DNA from: a virus
DNA length: 64,000 nt
IMG/VR virus record: IMGVR_UViG_3300037010_001749
Coordinates: 1 to 64,000 of that record
Strand: one strand, 5' to 3'
In this document: in pieces, positions 10,028 through 18,308 of the stretch
Position numbering within the stretch: position 1 is the stretch's first letter
Layout: the number at the start of each line of letters is the position of its first letter
Translations under genes and position numbers: made by a program
The notes under the pieces: generated by a model
What the model was told of the DNA's origin: nothing
Database searches by the model: none
Seen by the model: only the letters and a program-made list of their open reading frames with translations

Positions 10028-12780
10028 CCCATATAGCCGAGGCTGTAGCATCAATGCGACCCGCCCGCTGTGTCGTCCTGCGCAACGTGATGGCACCGCA
10101 TGAGGCCGAGGTCTTTGAGGTCGCGGTAGGTACTCCGGTCCGTACCCTGGATCCGCAAGGGAGATTCCCGGCCGTCTGCCGCCTGGACGGCCAGTGGATC
10201 TTGCGCAAAGACTGGGGCCACCTTCTGGCAGCAGGCCAGACCGTGGAGTTCTACGAGTACCCACAGGGAGGTGGAGGCGGCGAGAACGGTGGTGGGTCAA
10301 ACGCCGGCAGGACCATCTTGACGATTGCCGCGCTGTACCTCGCTGTCCAGTTCGGGCAGTGGTATGCCCTTGAAGGTCTGGCCGGTGGCCAGGCAGCTGG
10401 CACGGCTATAGCCAGTCTGATTCTGACCACGATTGTCAACGACCTTGTTCCGATCAACCCAGGAAACATCAACCCGGGCACGACGGATAGCCAAAACTAC
10501 AGTGCCAACTTGTCAGGCAACCAGGCCCGGCTCGAGCAGCCTATCCCAGTCCTGTACGGGCGAAACAAAACCTTCCCCGACTTCGCTGCACAGCCCTACA
10601 GCAAGTACGAGAACGACGACCAGTACTTCTATGCCCTGCTGTGTCTTGGCCAAGGTTCCTACGACATAGAGTCGATGCTCATCGACGACACCAACCTGCT
10701 CAACTTCACTGAAGTCGTCAAGAAAGTTCTCCCACCAGGCACCGCGCCGTCGACCGTTTCACCCGTGGTGGTCTCGGCACCAGAAGTGACGAACAACCCA
10801 CTCACAGAGGGCCGCTACATCGGGCCCTTTGTAGCCTGCCGCCCGCAGGAGACCGTCAAATCTATAGGCATAGACATCGGCTTCAGCCGAGGTCTGGCCA
10901 CTTACGACTCTGGCGGTGTGCCAGGTAACAAGACGGTGGGCTGGGACGTGGAATACCGGAGTGTTGACGACTTCGGCGCCGGCCTCACTCCCTGGCTCCT
11001 GCTGCACAGTGAAAGCCTGACCGCGGCCCAGACGAAACCTTTGAGAAGGTCCTTTGATTACGACTTGCCGACAGCCTGCCGGCCGCAAGTGAGGCTTGTC
11101 CGGACTACTCCCTTTGACACGAACAGTCGTGTAGCCAACACGATTGAGTGGGTGGCCATGCGTGCCACGCTGAATGCTGCAGCTCCTCTGTCAGCAACGG
11201 CCACGCACATCGAAATAAAGATGCGGGCCACAGACCAGCTGAGCGGCTTGACTCAAAGGCGCATAGGCGTCATATCCAGGCGGAAACTACGCCAATGGAC
11301 GGGCACAGCCTGGACAGCCGAAATAGCGACTCGAAACGCGGCCTGGGCTTTGGCTGACAAGTGGACGAACCAGGTGTACGGCGACAAGTATCCAGATGCC
11401 CGCTGCGATCTGAGTGGCCTTCGAACTCTGGCCTTGAGGCTGGACAGCCGGCAGGATCGTTTTGATGGCGTGTTTGACACAACCTATGACAGCTTCCAGG
11501 CTGACCAGATGATCGCTCAATCTGCTCGGTCGGCGGTTTTCCGACGGGGGGCCGTGATGACTGTCACTCGAGACGAGAAGAAGGACTTCCCGGTCACGGC
11601 GTTCACGTCCAGAAATATTGATCCGGGATCTGTGAGCATCGACTATAAGTTTGCGGATGAGAACTCAGTCGACGGCTTGATCATCGAATACTGGCATAAC
11701 CGAGTTTGGGACTGGCGAGAGGTGGTCTGCCCCATGCCTGGTATCACGGCGCCCACACACCCGCAGCGCATTCGGCTGTTCGGCGTAACCGGGCCAATTC
11801 AGGCCAGGAGAGAAGGTACCTACCAGGCGGCCAACACTTACTGGCGCCGGCGCTTTGCTTCTTTCACTACTGAGATGGAAGGGATGCTTCCGGCCTTCGG
11901 CAGCGCTGTGGCCTTTGCTCCAAGCCTGATGGGCTGGGGGGTCACAGGTGACCTGGTTGACTACGACTCAGAAGCCCTGACGCTGACCTTGAGCGAACCT
12001 GTAGCTTGGGTGGCAGGAGCCAGCCATTACCTCAGCGTGGTCGAAAGAACCGGGGGGCTGTCTACGCCAGTACTGGTTACGCCTGGGGCCAGTGACTACA
12101 CCGTCGTGCTCAGCAGCCCACTGGTAGAGACGCCGTCTATTGACCAGGCTGACGAGGACCGTACCAAGTACCTGTTCGGCGTGTCTCAGCCCTACAGCCG
12201 AGTTTTGCGGGTCTTGGGTATCCGGGATACCAAGGAAGGCGACGGCCGGGTCAAGTACTCGGTCAACGGGGTAATTGAAGACGACCGTGTCCACGCAGCG
12301 GACAACTTTCTGCTGCCCACCGATGGAATGGTGCAAGACGACGTTGATGCTCCGACCGACGATGGCTCAGGCAGCGGTGGCGCCTTGATAGTTTTCTTGG
12401 AAGATGTGTCAGTTGCTGCTGACGGGGCGCATGCCGCTGAGGCCGATGTATGGCTTCGCAATACTGGCATTGGTGAGTCCGGCATAGGCTCTGGCAGATT
12501 TACGGGCCAGTGGCTCTTGGCGTCGCCTCACCCGGCAGTGGACTGCGCCCTTTTTGAGGCCCGTGCTGATATGCTAGGAGGCACCGCTGTTGGCGGCTCG
12601 GCATTAGGCGTTTGGCTGGGCCTTGGTGTCGACCGAGGCTGGAATCTCATAGTCACTGGTGACGGAGCCTCAGCCAGCGCCACGATCCGGGTGCAGATTC
12701 GTGAGGTAGCTACTGGAAGACTGCAGGGAGCTGCCAACTGGTCGTTGAGCGCCAACACGACTGAAGTTGGTGGCGGCTGA
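10018..12780 (+). CDS. Tail tip hub / host-specificity protein J-like
   Basis: GGAGG then GTG at 10018; NQARLEQPIPVLYG, LCLGQG.Y and TRNAAWAL motifs; synteny. Confidence 0.8.
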   Translation: MHLTHIAEAVASMRPARCVVLRNVMAPHEAEVFEVAVGTPVRTLDPQGRFPAVCRLDGQWILRKDWGHLLAAGQTVEFYEYPQGGGGGENGGGSNAGRTILTIAALYLAVQFGQWYALEGLAGGQAAGTAIASLILTTIVNDLVPINPGNINPGTTDSQNYSANLSGNQARLEQPIPVLYGRNKTFPDFAAQPYSKYENDDQYFYALLCLGQGSYDIESMLIDDTNLLNFTEVVKKVLPPGTAPSTVSPVVVSAPEVTNNPLTEGRYIGPFVACRPQETVKSIGIDIGFSRGLATYDSGGVPGNKTVGWDVEYRSVDDFGAGLTPWLLLHSESLTAAQTKPLRRSFDYDLPTACRPQVRLVRTTPFDTNSRVANTIEWVAMRATLNAAAPLSATATHIEIKMRATDQLSGLTQRRIGVISRRKLRQWTGTAWTAEIATRNAAWALADKWTNQVYGDKYPDARCDLSGLRTLALRLDSRQDRFDGVFDTTYDSFQADQMIAQSARSAVFRRGAVMTVTRDEKKDFPVTAFTSRNIDPGSVSIDYKFADENSVDGLIIEYWHNRVWDWREVVCPMPGITAPTHPQRIRLFGVTGPIQARREGTYQAANTYWRRRFASFTTEMEGMLPAFGSAVAFAPSLMGWGVTGDLVDYDSEALTLTLSEPVAWVAGASHYLSVVERTGGLSTPVLVTPGASDYTVVLSSPLVETPSIDQADEDRTKYLFGVSQPYSRVLRVLGIRDTKEGDGRVKYSVNGVIEDDRVHAADNFLLPTDGMVQDDVDAPTDDGSGSGGALIVFLEDVSVAADGAHAAEADVWLRNTGIGESGIGSGRFTGQWLLASPHPAVDCALFEARADMLGGTAVGGSALGVWLGLGVDRGWNLIVTGDGASASATIRVQIREVATGRLQGAANWSLSANTTEVGGG

Positions 12781-12803
12781 TCTATCTAAACCCGGGAACA
12801 ACC

Positions 12804-13670
12804 ATGTCAAAGCTTACTAATTACGCAGAGAATGCCCTCGCGGACTTCATCAGAGGCCAGGGTTTAACCCTGCCAGGCAACTGGTACTTCTCGCTGGCAT
12901 CCACAGCGGACGACACCGGGGCCACTGAGGTCACGGGTACCTCCTATGCTCGGGTCGGCGTGACCCGCTCGCTGACGGAATTCTCCGGCACTCAAGGGGC
13001 CACGACGACGGCGGCCAGCACCGGGGTGTCGCACGCGACGCGCAACAACTCCGCGATCCTCTGGCCGACTGCCGGCTCGGGAGGTTGGACGGCTGCATCG
13101 AAGCTGAGTGTCTGGGATGCCAGCACTGGCGGAAACTGCTGGTTCTACATGGACCTGCCTTCCGCGGTGACTGTGGCTAACGGTTCAGCCTACAGTCTGG
13201 CCATCTCGGCGGTTGTCTTCGAACTTGGGCTCACTGGTGGGCTGACTGACTACCTGGCCAACAAACTGATCGACCTCATCTGGCGTAACCAAGCCTACAC
13301 CTGGCCGAGCACGACGTACTTGCGCCTGGTGACCACCACGCCCACAAACGCCATCGGCGGTGTAGAAGTGACGGGAGGTAGCTACGCCCGGCAAGCTGTG
13401 GCTTCTACGCTCGCAGCCTGGAGTGGAACTCAGGCTGCTGGCAGTACGTCAGCTAGCAGTGGCAGCAGTGGGCGGATCAGCAACAACGCGGACGTAGCCT
13501 TCCCCACTCCCACGGCCAACTGGGGAACAGTGACGCACGCGGAAATGCTCGACGCTGTATCAGGAGGGAATCGATTGGTCTGGGCCCCTGTGACGCCGCC
13601 CAGAACCGTGAACTCCGGGAGTCTGCCACCCAGCTACTCGCCGAACACGTTCGGGATCACTCTGGCTTGA
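12804..13670 (+). CDS. Tail fibre-associated structural protein made of two tandem homologous domains
   Basis: LTNYAEN.L.D..R...EVTG.SYARV...N...I.WPT recurs as LTDYLAN.L.D..WR...EVTGGSYARQ...N...V.FPT. Confidence 0.6.
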   Translation: MSKLTNYAENALADFIRGQGLTLPGNWYFSLASTADDTGATEVTGTSYARVGVTRSLTEFSGTQGATTTAASTGVSHATRNNSAILWPTAGSGGWTAASKLSVWDASTGGNCWFYMDLPSAVTVANGSAYSLAISAVVFELGLTGGLTDYLANKLIDLIWRNQAYTWPSTTYLRLVTTTPTNAIGGVEVTGGSYARQAVASTLAAWSGTQAAGSTSASSGSSGRISNNADVAFPTPTANWGTVTHAEMLDAVSGGNRLVWAPVTPPRTVNSGSLPPSYSPNTFGITLA

Positions 13671-13680
13671 GGGTTGACAA

Positions 13681-14472
13681 ATGCTTGAACTTTCCAAGGC
13701 AAAGGCCTCACTTGACAGAATGCTTCGGCAGAAGGAAGGAGAGAAGCTTGCTCCCTACCTCTGCAAAGCCGGCGTGCCGACAATCGGCGTAGGCGCGACG
13801 CACTACCCTGACGGCCGCAAAGTGCAGATGAGCGATCCAGCCATTTCGGCTGAACGCATGGCCGAAATGTTGTCCACCGAGATCGATCGTTATGTCGATG
13901 CTGTGCTGGGCATGGTCAACCACGTCTGCACGACTGGCCAGCTCGTGGCCTTGGTGCTATTGGGCTACAACATTGGCCTACATGGGTTGGCAGAGTCAAC
14001 TGTCGTCAAGAAGCACAACGAAGGTGATTACATCTCCGCGGCAAACGCTTTCAAACTTTGGGACAAAATCAAAGACCCACGGACGGGCAAGCTGGTCCAA
14101 GAGCCTGCCTTGTTTGCCCGGCGTACCTACGAGTCAGCCGTCTACCTGTCTGACTCCGTCAGTCAGGCGAAGGTACCTCAAGCCGTAGCTCCTGAGAGCA
14201 GCCTAGCCAAGAGCCCGATCATTCAAGCTGCCGCCACGGTAGCATCTGGCGGAGCTACGGTCCTCGCGGCAGCCCCAGAAGCTCCGAAGCTGCCGGTCGG
14301 CTTGGACCCAGCCGAAGCCTTGGCCAAGGCCAACACGCTGGCAGAGCACGCCAACGTACTGGCCGCTTCATTACACATCAACCTCTGGTGGGTACTAGGC
14401 TTTGCTCTCTGTACTTCCGGGGCTGTTTCGGCCTACTGGCGGTGGAAGCAGCGGCAAGGAGGCTACGCGTGA
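13681..14472 (+). CDS. Endolysin (GH24 lysozyme) with hydrophobic C-terminal tail
   Basis: EG....Y.C.AGVPTIGVGAT, YNIG and RR..E motifs; C-terminal LWWVLGFALCTSGAVSAYWRW. Confidence 0.88.
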   Translation: MLELSKAKASLDRMLRQKEGEKLAPYLCKAGVPTIGVGATHYPDGRKVQMSDPAISAERMAEMLSTEIDRYVDAVLGMVNHVCTTGQLVALVLLGYNIGLHGLAESTVVKKHNEGDYISAANAFKLWDKIKDPRTGKLVQEPALFARRTYESAVYLSDSVSQAKVPQAVAPESSLAKSPIIQAAATVASGGATVLAAAPEAPKLPVGLDPAEALAKANTLAEHANVLAASLHINLWWVLGFALCTSGAVSAYWRWKQRQGGYA

Positions 14473-14975
14473 TCCTGGCGGGCTTGAGTTTGGCTGGTAG
14501 GTTACTGGGGAGCGTACCGCTTTGGGTGTATCCCCTCGCAGCCATGGCTACAGCCTACGGCTGTTCGCAAATGGAAGCTACTCGAGCGCACCAGCAGATG
14601 ACCCGGGCTGTAATTGCCTCAGCCGAGTCTCGAGTCAAGGAGCAAGATGATGCAAGAGACACTGAGAGAGCTTGGGCAGCCCGGAGCAGCGAATTGGACA
14701 GAAAGCTGGCCCTGGGCCAAGCTGCTTCTCGCGCTCAGTCTCGCGCAAGCAGCGAGCGGCTGCGAGTCCTTGCCGAGGCTTGGTCCGCCAGTGCTGCCGG
14801 CGCAACTCCCTCAGCCACCTGCTCAAGTCTTGATGCTCCCGCCGCAGGAGTCCTTCGTCGAGAGACTCGAGAAGCTCTTGTCGTCTTCGCCGAAGACGCA
14901 GAAGCAACCAGGCTGAGCCTTCTGGCTTGCCAGGACTTCATCCGGTTGGCCAGGGAGAAGCAGAGTGGCCCTTGA
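14469..14975 (+). CDS. Inner-membrane spanin (Rz-like)
   Basis: GTGA overlap with endolysin; N-terminal hydrophobic segment; coiled coil; C-terminal L.ACQ.FI. Confidence 0.7.
   Translation: MILAGLSLAGRLLGSVPLWVYPLAAMATAYGCSQMEATRAHQQMTRAVIASAESRVKEQDDARDTERAWAARSSELDRKLALGQAASRAQSRASSERLRVLAEAWSASAAGATPSATCSSLDAPAAGVLRRETREALVVFAEDAEATRLSLLACQDFIRLAREKQSGP
14650..14916 (+). CDS. Outer-membrane spanin lipoprotein (Rz1-like), embedded in Rz
   Basis: AAGGAG at 14637; LLLALSLAQAASG-C lipobox; Pro-rich mature part; alternative frame inside Rz. Confidence 0.7.
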   Translation: MQETLRELGQPGAANWTESWPWAKLLLALSLAQAASGCESLPRLGPPVLPAQLPQPPAQVLMLPPQESFVERLEKLLSSSPKTQKQPG

Positions 14976-17900
14976 AGTAGCTTACCCGTTCACACTTCCG
15001 AACCCTTCAAAGCTTTCCTGGAAAGTCAAGGACCGCGCGAGATCCGCTGGCTTGCCAGGCAGAGCTTTCTACGCAGCGCTGGAGCGCGACTTCTCTGGCA
15101 GTCTGGAAGTTGAGTTCTATCTCGACTCTGAGCAGGCAGCGATCTGGTACTCCTGGTGGCAAGTGGACCTAAAAGAGGGTGCCTACTGGTTCAGCGCCAC
15201 CTGGCCAAAGGTCATGGCAGGTCTTGGCGTCTACAGTCTGCAGGACCCTCCGGTGTTCACCCACGTTGGCGGTGGAGCCTACAGCGTAGCCTGCAAGCTC
15301 CAGGTTCGAGGCAAGTCTCGGCCTGTCTACGCTCCTCAGGGTGACATCTACTACAACTCGGTGCCTGGTGACCCCGCCATGGCTAACGTCGTACTTCTGT
15401 GCCATGCAGACGGCCAGAACCTGAGCAGCCAGATTCTGGATAGTAGCCCCCAGAACCGGAGCCTGTCAGCGGCCAACAACGCAAGAATCAGCACAGACCG
15501 TCAGGTTTTCGGTACTGGCTCACTACTTCTCGGCGGAACAAATGATTACGTCGTAGCTGCGGCCAGCTCAGACTTTGACTTTGGCACTGGTGATTTCACC
15601 ATCGAAGCCCGAGTGTTCCTCCTCGGTGATTCGCCGGTAGGTACTGGCGGAGCGCGCACAGCCTCGGTCATTTCTACGGACCCTCGTAGTACTGGCTGGG
15701 CCTTGCAGATTAACGGTAGCTCCTCGCTCACCGGTACTAACTTTACCTTTGAGACCAGTCTGGCTGGCGCGTCTGCCAACGTAGCGGCTGACGCATCAGG
15801 CATACCACAGAACACCTGGGTAAGCCTGGCAGTCACTAGGCAAGGTTCGACAGTCCGCTTGTTTTTGGACGGCGAGTTGGTGAAGACTGGGAGCATCAGC
15901 CAAGACGTATCGTCAGGTGGCAATGTCCTGACGATTGGAGCCAACAACGCTGAGTCCTCCTACTTCTACCCGCTGAACGGCCACGTAGAGGAAGTGAGGG
16001 TGACCAAGGGACTTGCTCGCTATACCGAAAGCTACTCGTTAGCCCGTGTAGCGTTCCCTGGCGTGACACCTGAGCGAACGGTCCTGTTGCTACACGGAGA
16101 TGCGTACGCTTTGGCGGGTGACCCGTACCAGGCCTATGTAGCCTCCGCGGTGCTCTTCAACGACGCCGATGGGTCAACGTCAGCTGCGCCCAGGCTGGGC
16201 CCGGCCTTCAATCGTTACGGCAACGCCCTGGTCACTAGCAGCCGCCAGCACTTCGGCAATAACACCTATGAGAACTCGACTACTGACTCGGCCAGTAGCT
16301 TCAGAACCGCCGGCGTTCTAACCATCCCGGCAGCGGCTGACTTCACCTTGGAGGGTTGGGCCTACCTGACAGGTAGCGGGGGACTTCGCCATGCCTTCCA
16401 GTTCGGTAGCGTAGTGACCAACCGCACGGCGGTGTTCGTGAGCGGTGGTGTGCTTTACGGCTACTTGGAGAGCCCTGGCGGTATTTCGTCTGTAACGTCC
16501 AGCGTGGGTTTTCCGGCAGGGACCTGGGTGCATCTAGCCATTTCAAAGGTGGGTGGCAGCCTGTACCTGTTCCAGAACGGACTGCTTGTAGGCACCGGTT
16601 CTGCGGTCAGTAACGCCCTGGCTGCCACAAGCTCTGCGATTCTTGCTGTAGGCACCCAGAACTACTCGCCGGCGGGTGGCGACGAGTGGATAGGTAGTCT
16701 CGACGACGTGCGGCTTACTGTAGGCCTTGGTAGGTACACCCCAGAGTCTTTGCCAGACCTGCTGCCTCTGCGGTTCTCCGCAGTGCTTCTCGACTCCTCG
16801 TCGGTACCTAAGAACGTCGTGTCGATTGATGACGTAGCCCAGAACTACCTGACGAAGAAGTTTGGCACGAGTTCCGTGAGCCTCAACGGCAGTACGCAGT
16901 ACCTGACGTTCAGTCCTTTGCAGGACCTTCAGACAACCTCCCGGGACTACCTGGTGGAGACCTGGGTCTACCCTACGAACTATGGGACGCAACACCGGCC
17001 CGTGTACGCGGTGAGTGGCGCCAACTCCGCAGGCTTTGCCTTCTCTGCCATCACCCTTTCAGCCTCCGGGCATTTGCTGTGCGTCCACCAACCAGACGTT
17101 TTCGGCTCGGCTGTCATCGCTGAGTCCGACACCACCGTGACTCTGAATGCCTGGACGCATATTGCCGTTGCTCGAGTAGGAGTGAACCTACTGCTATTCT
17201 TGAACGGTGAACTCTGCGGCGGGTCTTCCGGCTGGTCAGACTACCCGGTCGGCAACCTCAGCTACGCTGGGGTTGGAGCCTTGCCAAACGGCTATAGCAA
17301 TGCCACGTTCGGCCGTTTTTCCGGCTTTATCGACGACTTGCGGGTTACTCGGGGGGCTACCAGGTACCTTCAAGCGTTTCGCCCACCTGTTTCTCAGTTC
17401 AGCGCCGACGTCGCAGATGACCCAGACTTCGCCAGCGTAGTCTTACTGTGCTCATTCAACGGCCCCAACGGTTCCGAGAGCCTAGTAGACGCCAGTCAGT
17501 ACGCCCGAGTGGCCACAGTCGTCAACAACATCGCCGGCTCGGTATCCCTGGACTCGGCTAATCGTCGGTTCGGAGGCACTTCCTTGGGAGTTCACAATCT
17601 GACCTCTGGCGCCTGGTACGCCTCCTGGCCGGCAGACAGCGCGTTCAACCTGAACGATGGCGACTTCACGGTAGAGGCCTGGGCTTACAACAGCACAATC
17701 ATAGGCTCCGGCCGCTCGTTGCTGAGCCGTCGGCTGGTAGGCGCGGCATCAGGGTGGGTCATGACGACCCACAGTTTTCGAGCGAAAGTCAACGGGGTCT
17801 GGAGCGACACAGCCCTATCCTGGGCCTTGCCAAGCGATGATGTCTGGCATCACCACGCACTCGTCCGTTCTGGGTCTACGCTGACCGCATTCTTGGACGG

Positions 17901-18090
17901 CGTGATCGTGGCTTGCCGTAGTGACGTAGCGACGATAGATGACCTGAACTTGCCGCTTCGGCTGGGCCAGGCAGACAACGTAGATGAGAACCGCTTCTAC
18001 GGCTTCATCGACGACCTGCGCTGGACCAAGGGCGTGGCCAGATACCATGGGAGCTTTCAGCTACCGGTTCGAGCCTACCCTGACTACTGA
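14965..18090 (+). CDS. Virion adhesin: Dit-like N-terminus plus four LamG/concanavalin-A-like domains
   Basis: Four repeats of D(F/Y)xxExxxx...W.H.A.....G.(I/V/L)(D/E)(D/E).R.T.G..RY. Confidence 0.78.
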   Translation: MALEVAYPFTLPNPSKLSWKVKDRARSAGLPGRAFYAALERDFSGSLEVEFYLDSEQAAIWYSWWQVDLKEGAYWFSATWPKVMAGLGVYSLQDPPVFTHVGGGAYSVACKLQVRGKSRPVYAPQGDIYYNSVPGDPAMANVVLLCHADGQNLSSQILDSSPQNRSLSAANNARISTDRQVFGTGSLLLGGTNDYVVAAASSDFDFGTGDFTIEARVFLLGDSPVGTGGARTASVISTDPRSTGWALQINGSSSLTGTNFTFETSLAGASANVAADASGIPQNTWVSLAVTRQGSTVRLFLDGELVKTGSISQDVSSGGNVLTIGANNAESSYFYPLNGHVEEVRVTKGLARYTESYSLARVAFPGVTPERTVLLLHGDAYALAGDPYQAYVASAVLFNDADGSTSAAPRLGPAFNRYGNALVTSSRQHFGNNTYENSTTDSASSFRTAGVLTIPAAADFTLEGWAYLTGSGGLRHAFQFGSVVTNRTAVFVSGGVLYGYLESPGGISSVTSSVGFPAGTWVHLAISKVGGSLYLFQNGLLVGTGSAVSNALAATSSAILAVGTQNYSPAGGDEWIGSLDDVRLTVGLGRYTPESLPDLLPLRFSAVLLDSSSVPKNVVSIDDVAQNYLTKKFGTSSVSLNGSTQYLTFSPLQDLQTTSRDYLVETWVYPTNYGTQHRPVYAVSGANSAGFAFSAITLSASGHLLCVHQPDVFGSAVIAESDTTVTLNAWTHIAVARVGVNLLLFLNGELCGGSSGWSDYPVGNLSYAGVGALPNGYSNATFGRFSGFIDDLRVTRGATRYLQAFRPPVSQFSADVADDPDFASVVLLCSFNGPNGSESLVDASQYARVATVVNNIAGSVSLDSANRRFGGTSLGVHNLTSGAWYASWPADSAFNLNDGDFTVEAWAYNSTIIGSGRSLLSRRLVGAASGWVMTTHSFRAKVNGVWSDTALSWALPSDDVWHHHALVRSGSTLTAFLDGVIVACRSDVATIDDLNLPLRLGQADNVDENRFYGFIDDLRWTKGVARYHGSFQLPVRAYPDY

Positions 18091-18308
18091 TCGTCGGGCC
18101 TGCCGCGCCTGACCCAGGCGCACAGTGCCGGCAGGTCTACCCAGGTACCACCGCCCGCCGGGCGGTGATACTCAACACCCAGATTCCAGTGCTTGCGCTG
18201 GATCCGGTTGTTCACCGCGGCCTCAGTCTCGCCAGTGAGATCGAGGTAGCGCTTGAGTGGGATGCATTCGGTGAGCTTGGCGATCTCATCCGGGATGTCC
18301 GAGATCAC
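18084..18308 (-). CDS. Excisionase-like winged-HTH protein
   Basis: 74 aa; IPL..Y...TGET..AV...I....W..G.......W.DL.A...W pattern. Confidence 0.55.
   Translation of the reverse strand: MISDIPDEIAKLTECIPLKRYLDLTGETEAAVNNRIQRKHWNLGVEYHRPAGGGTWVDLPALCAWVRRGRPDDQ

Noticed and set aside
14965-18090. Diversity-generating retroelement targeting the adhesin
   Set aside because: No reverse transcriptase and no TR/VR pair differing at adenines; the LamG repeats are diverged at protein level
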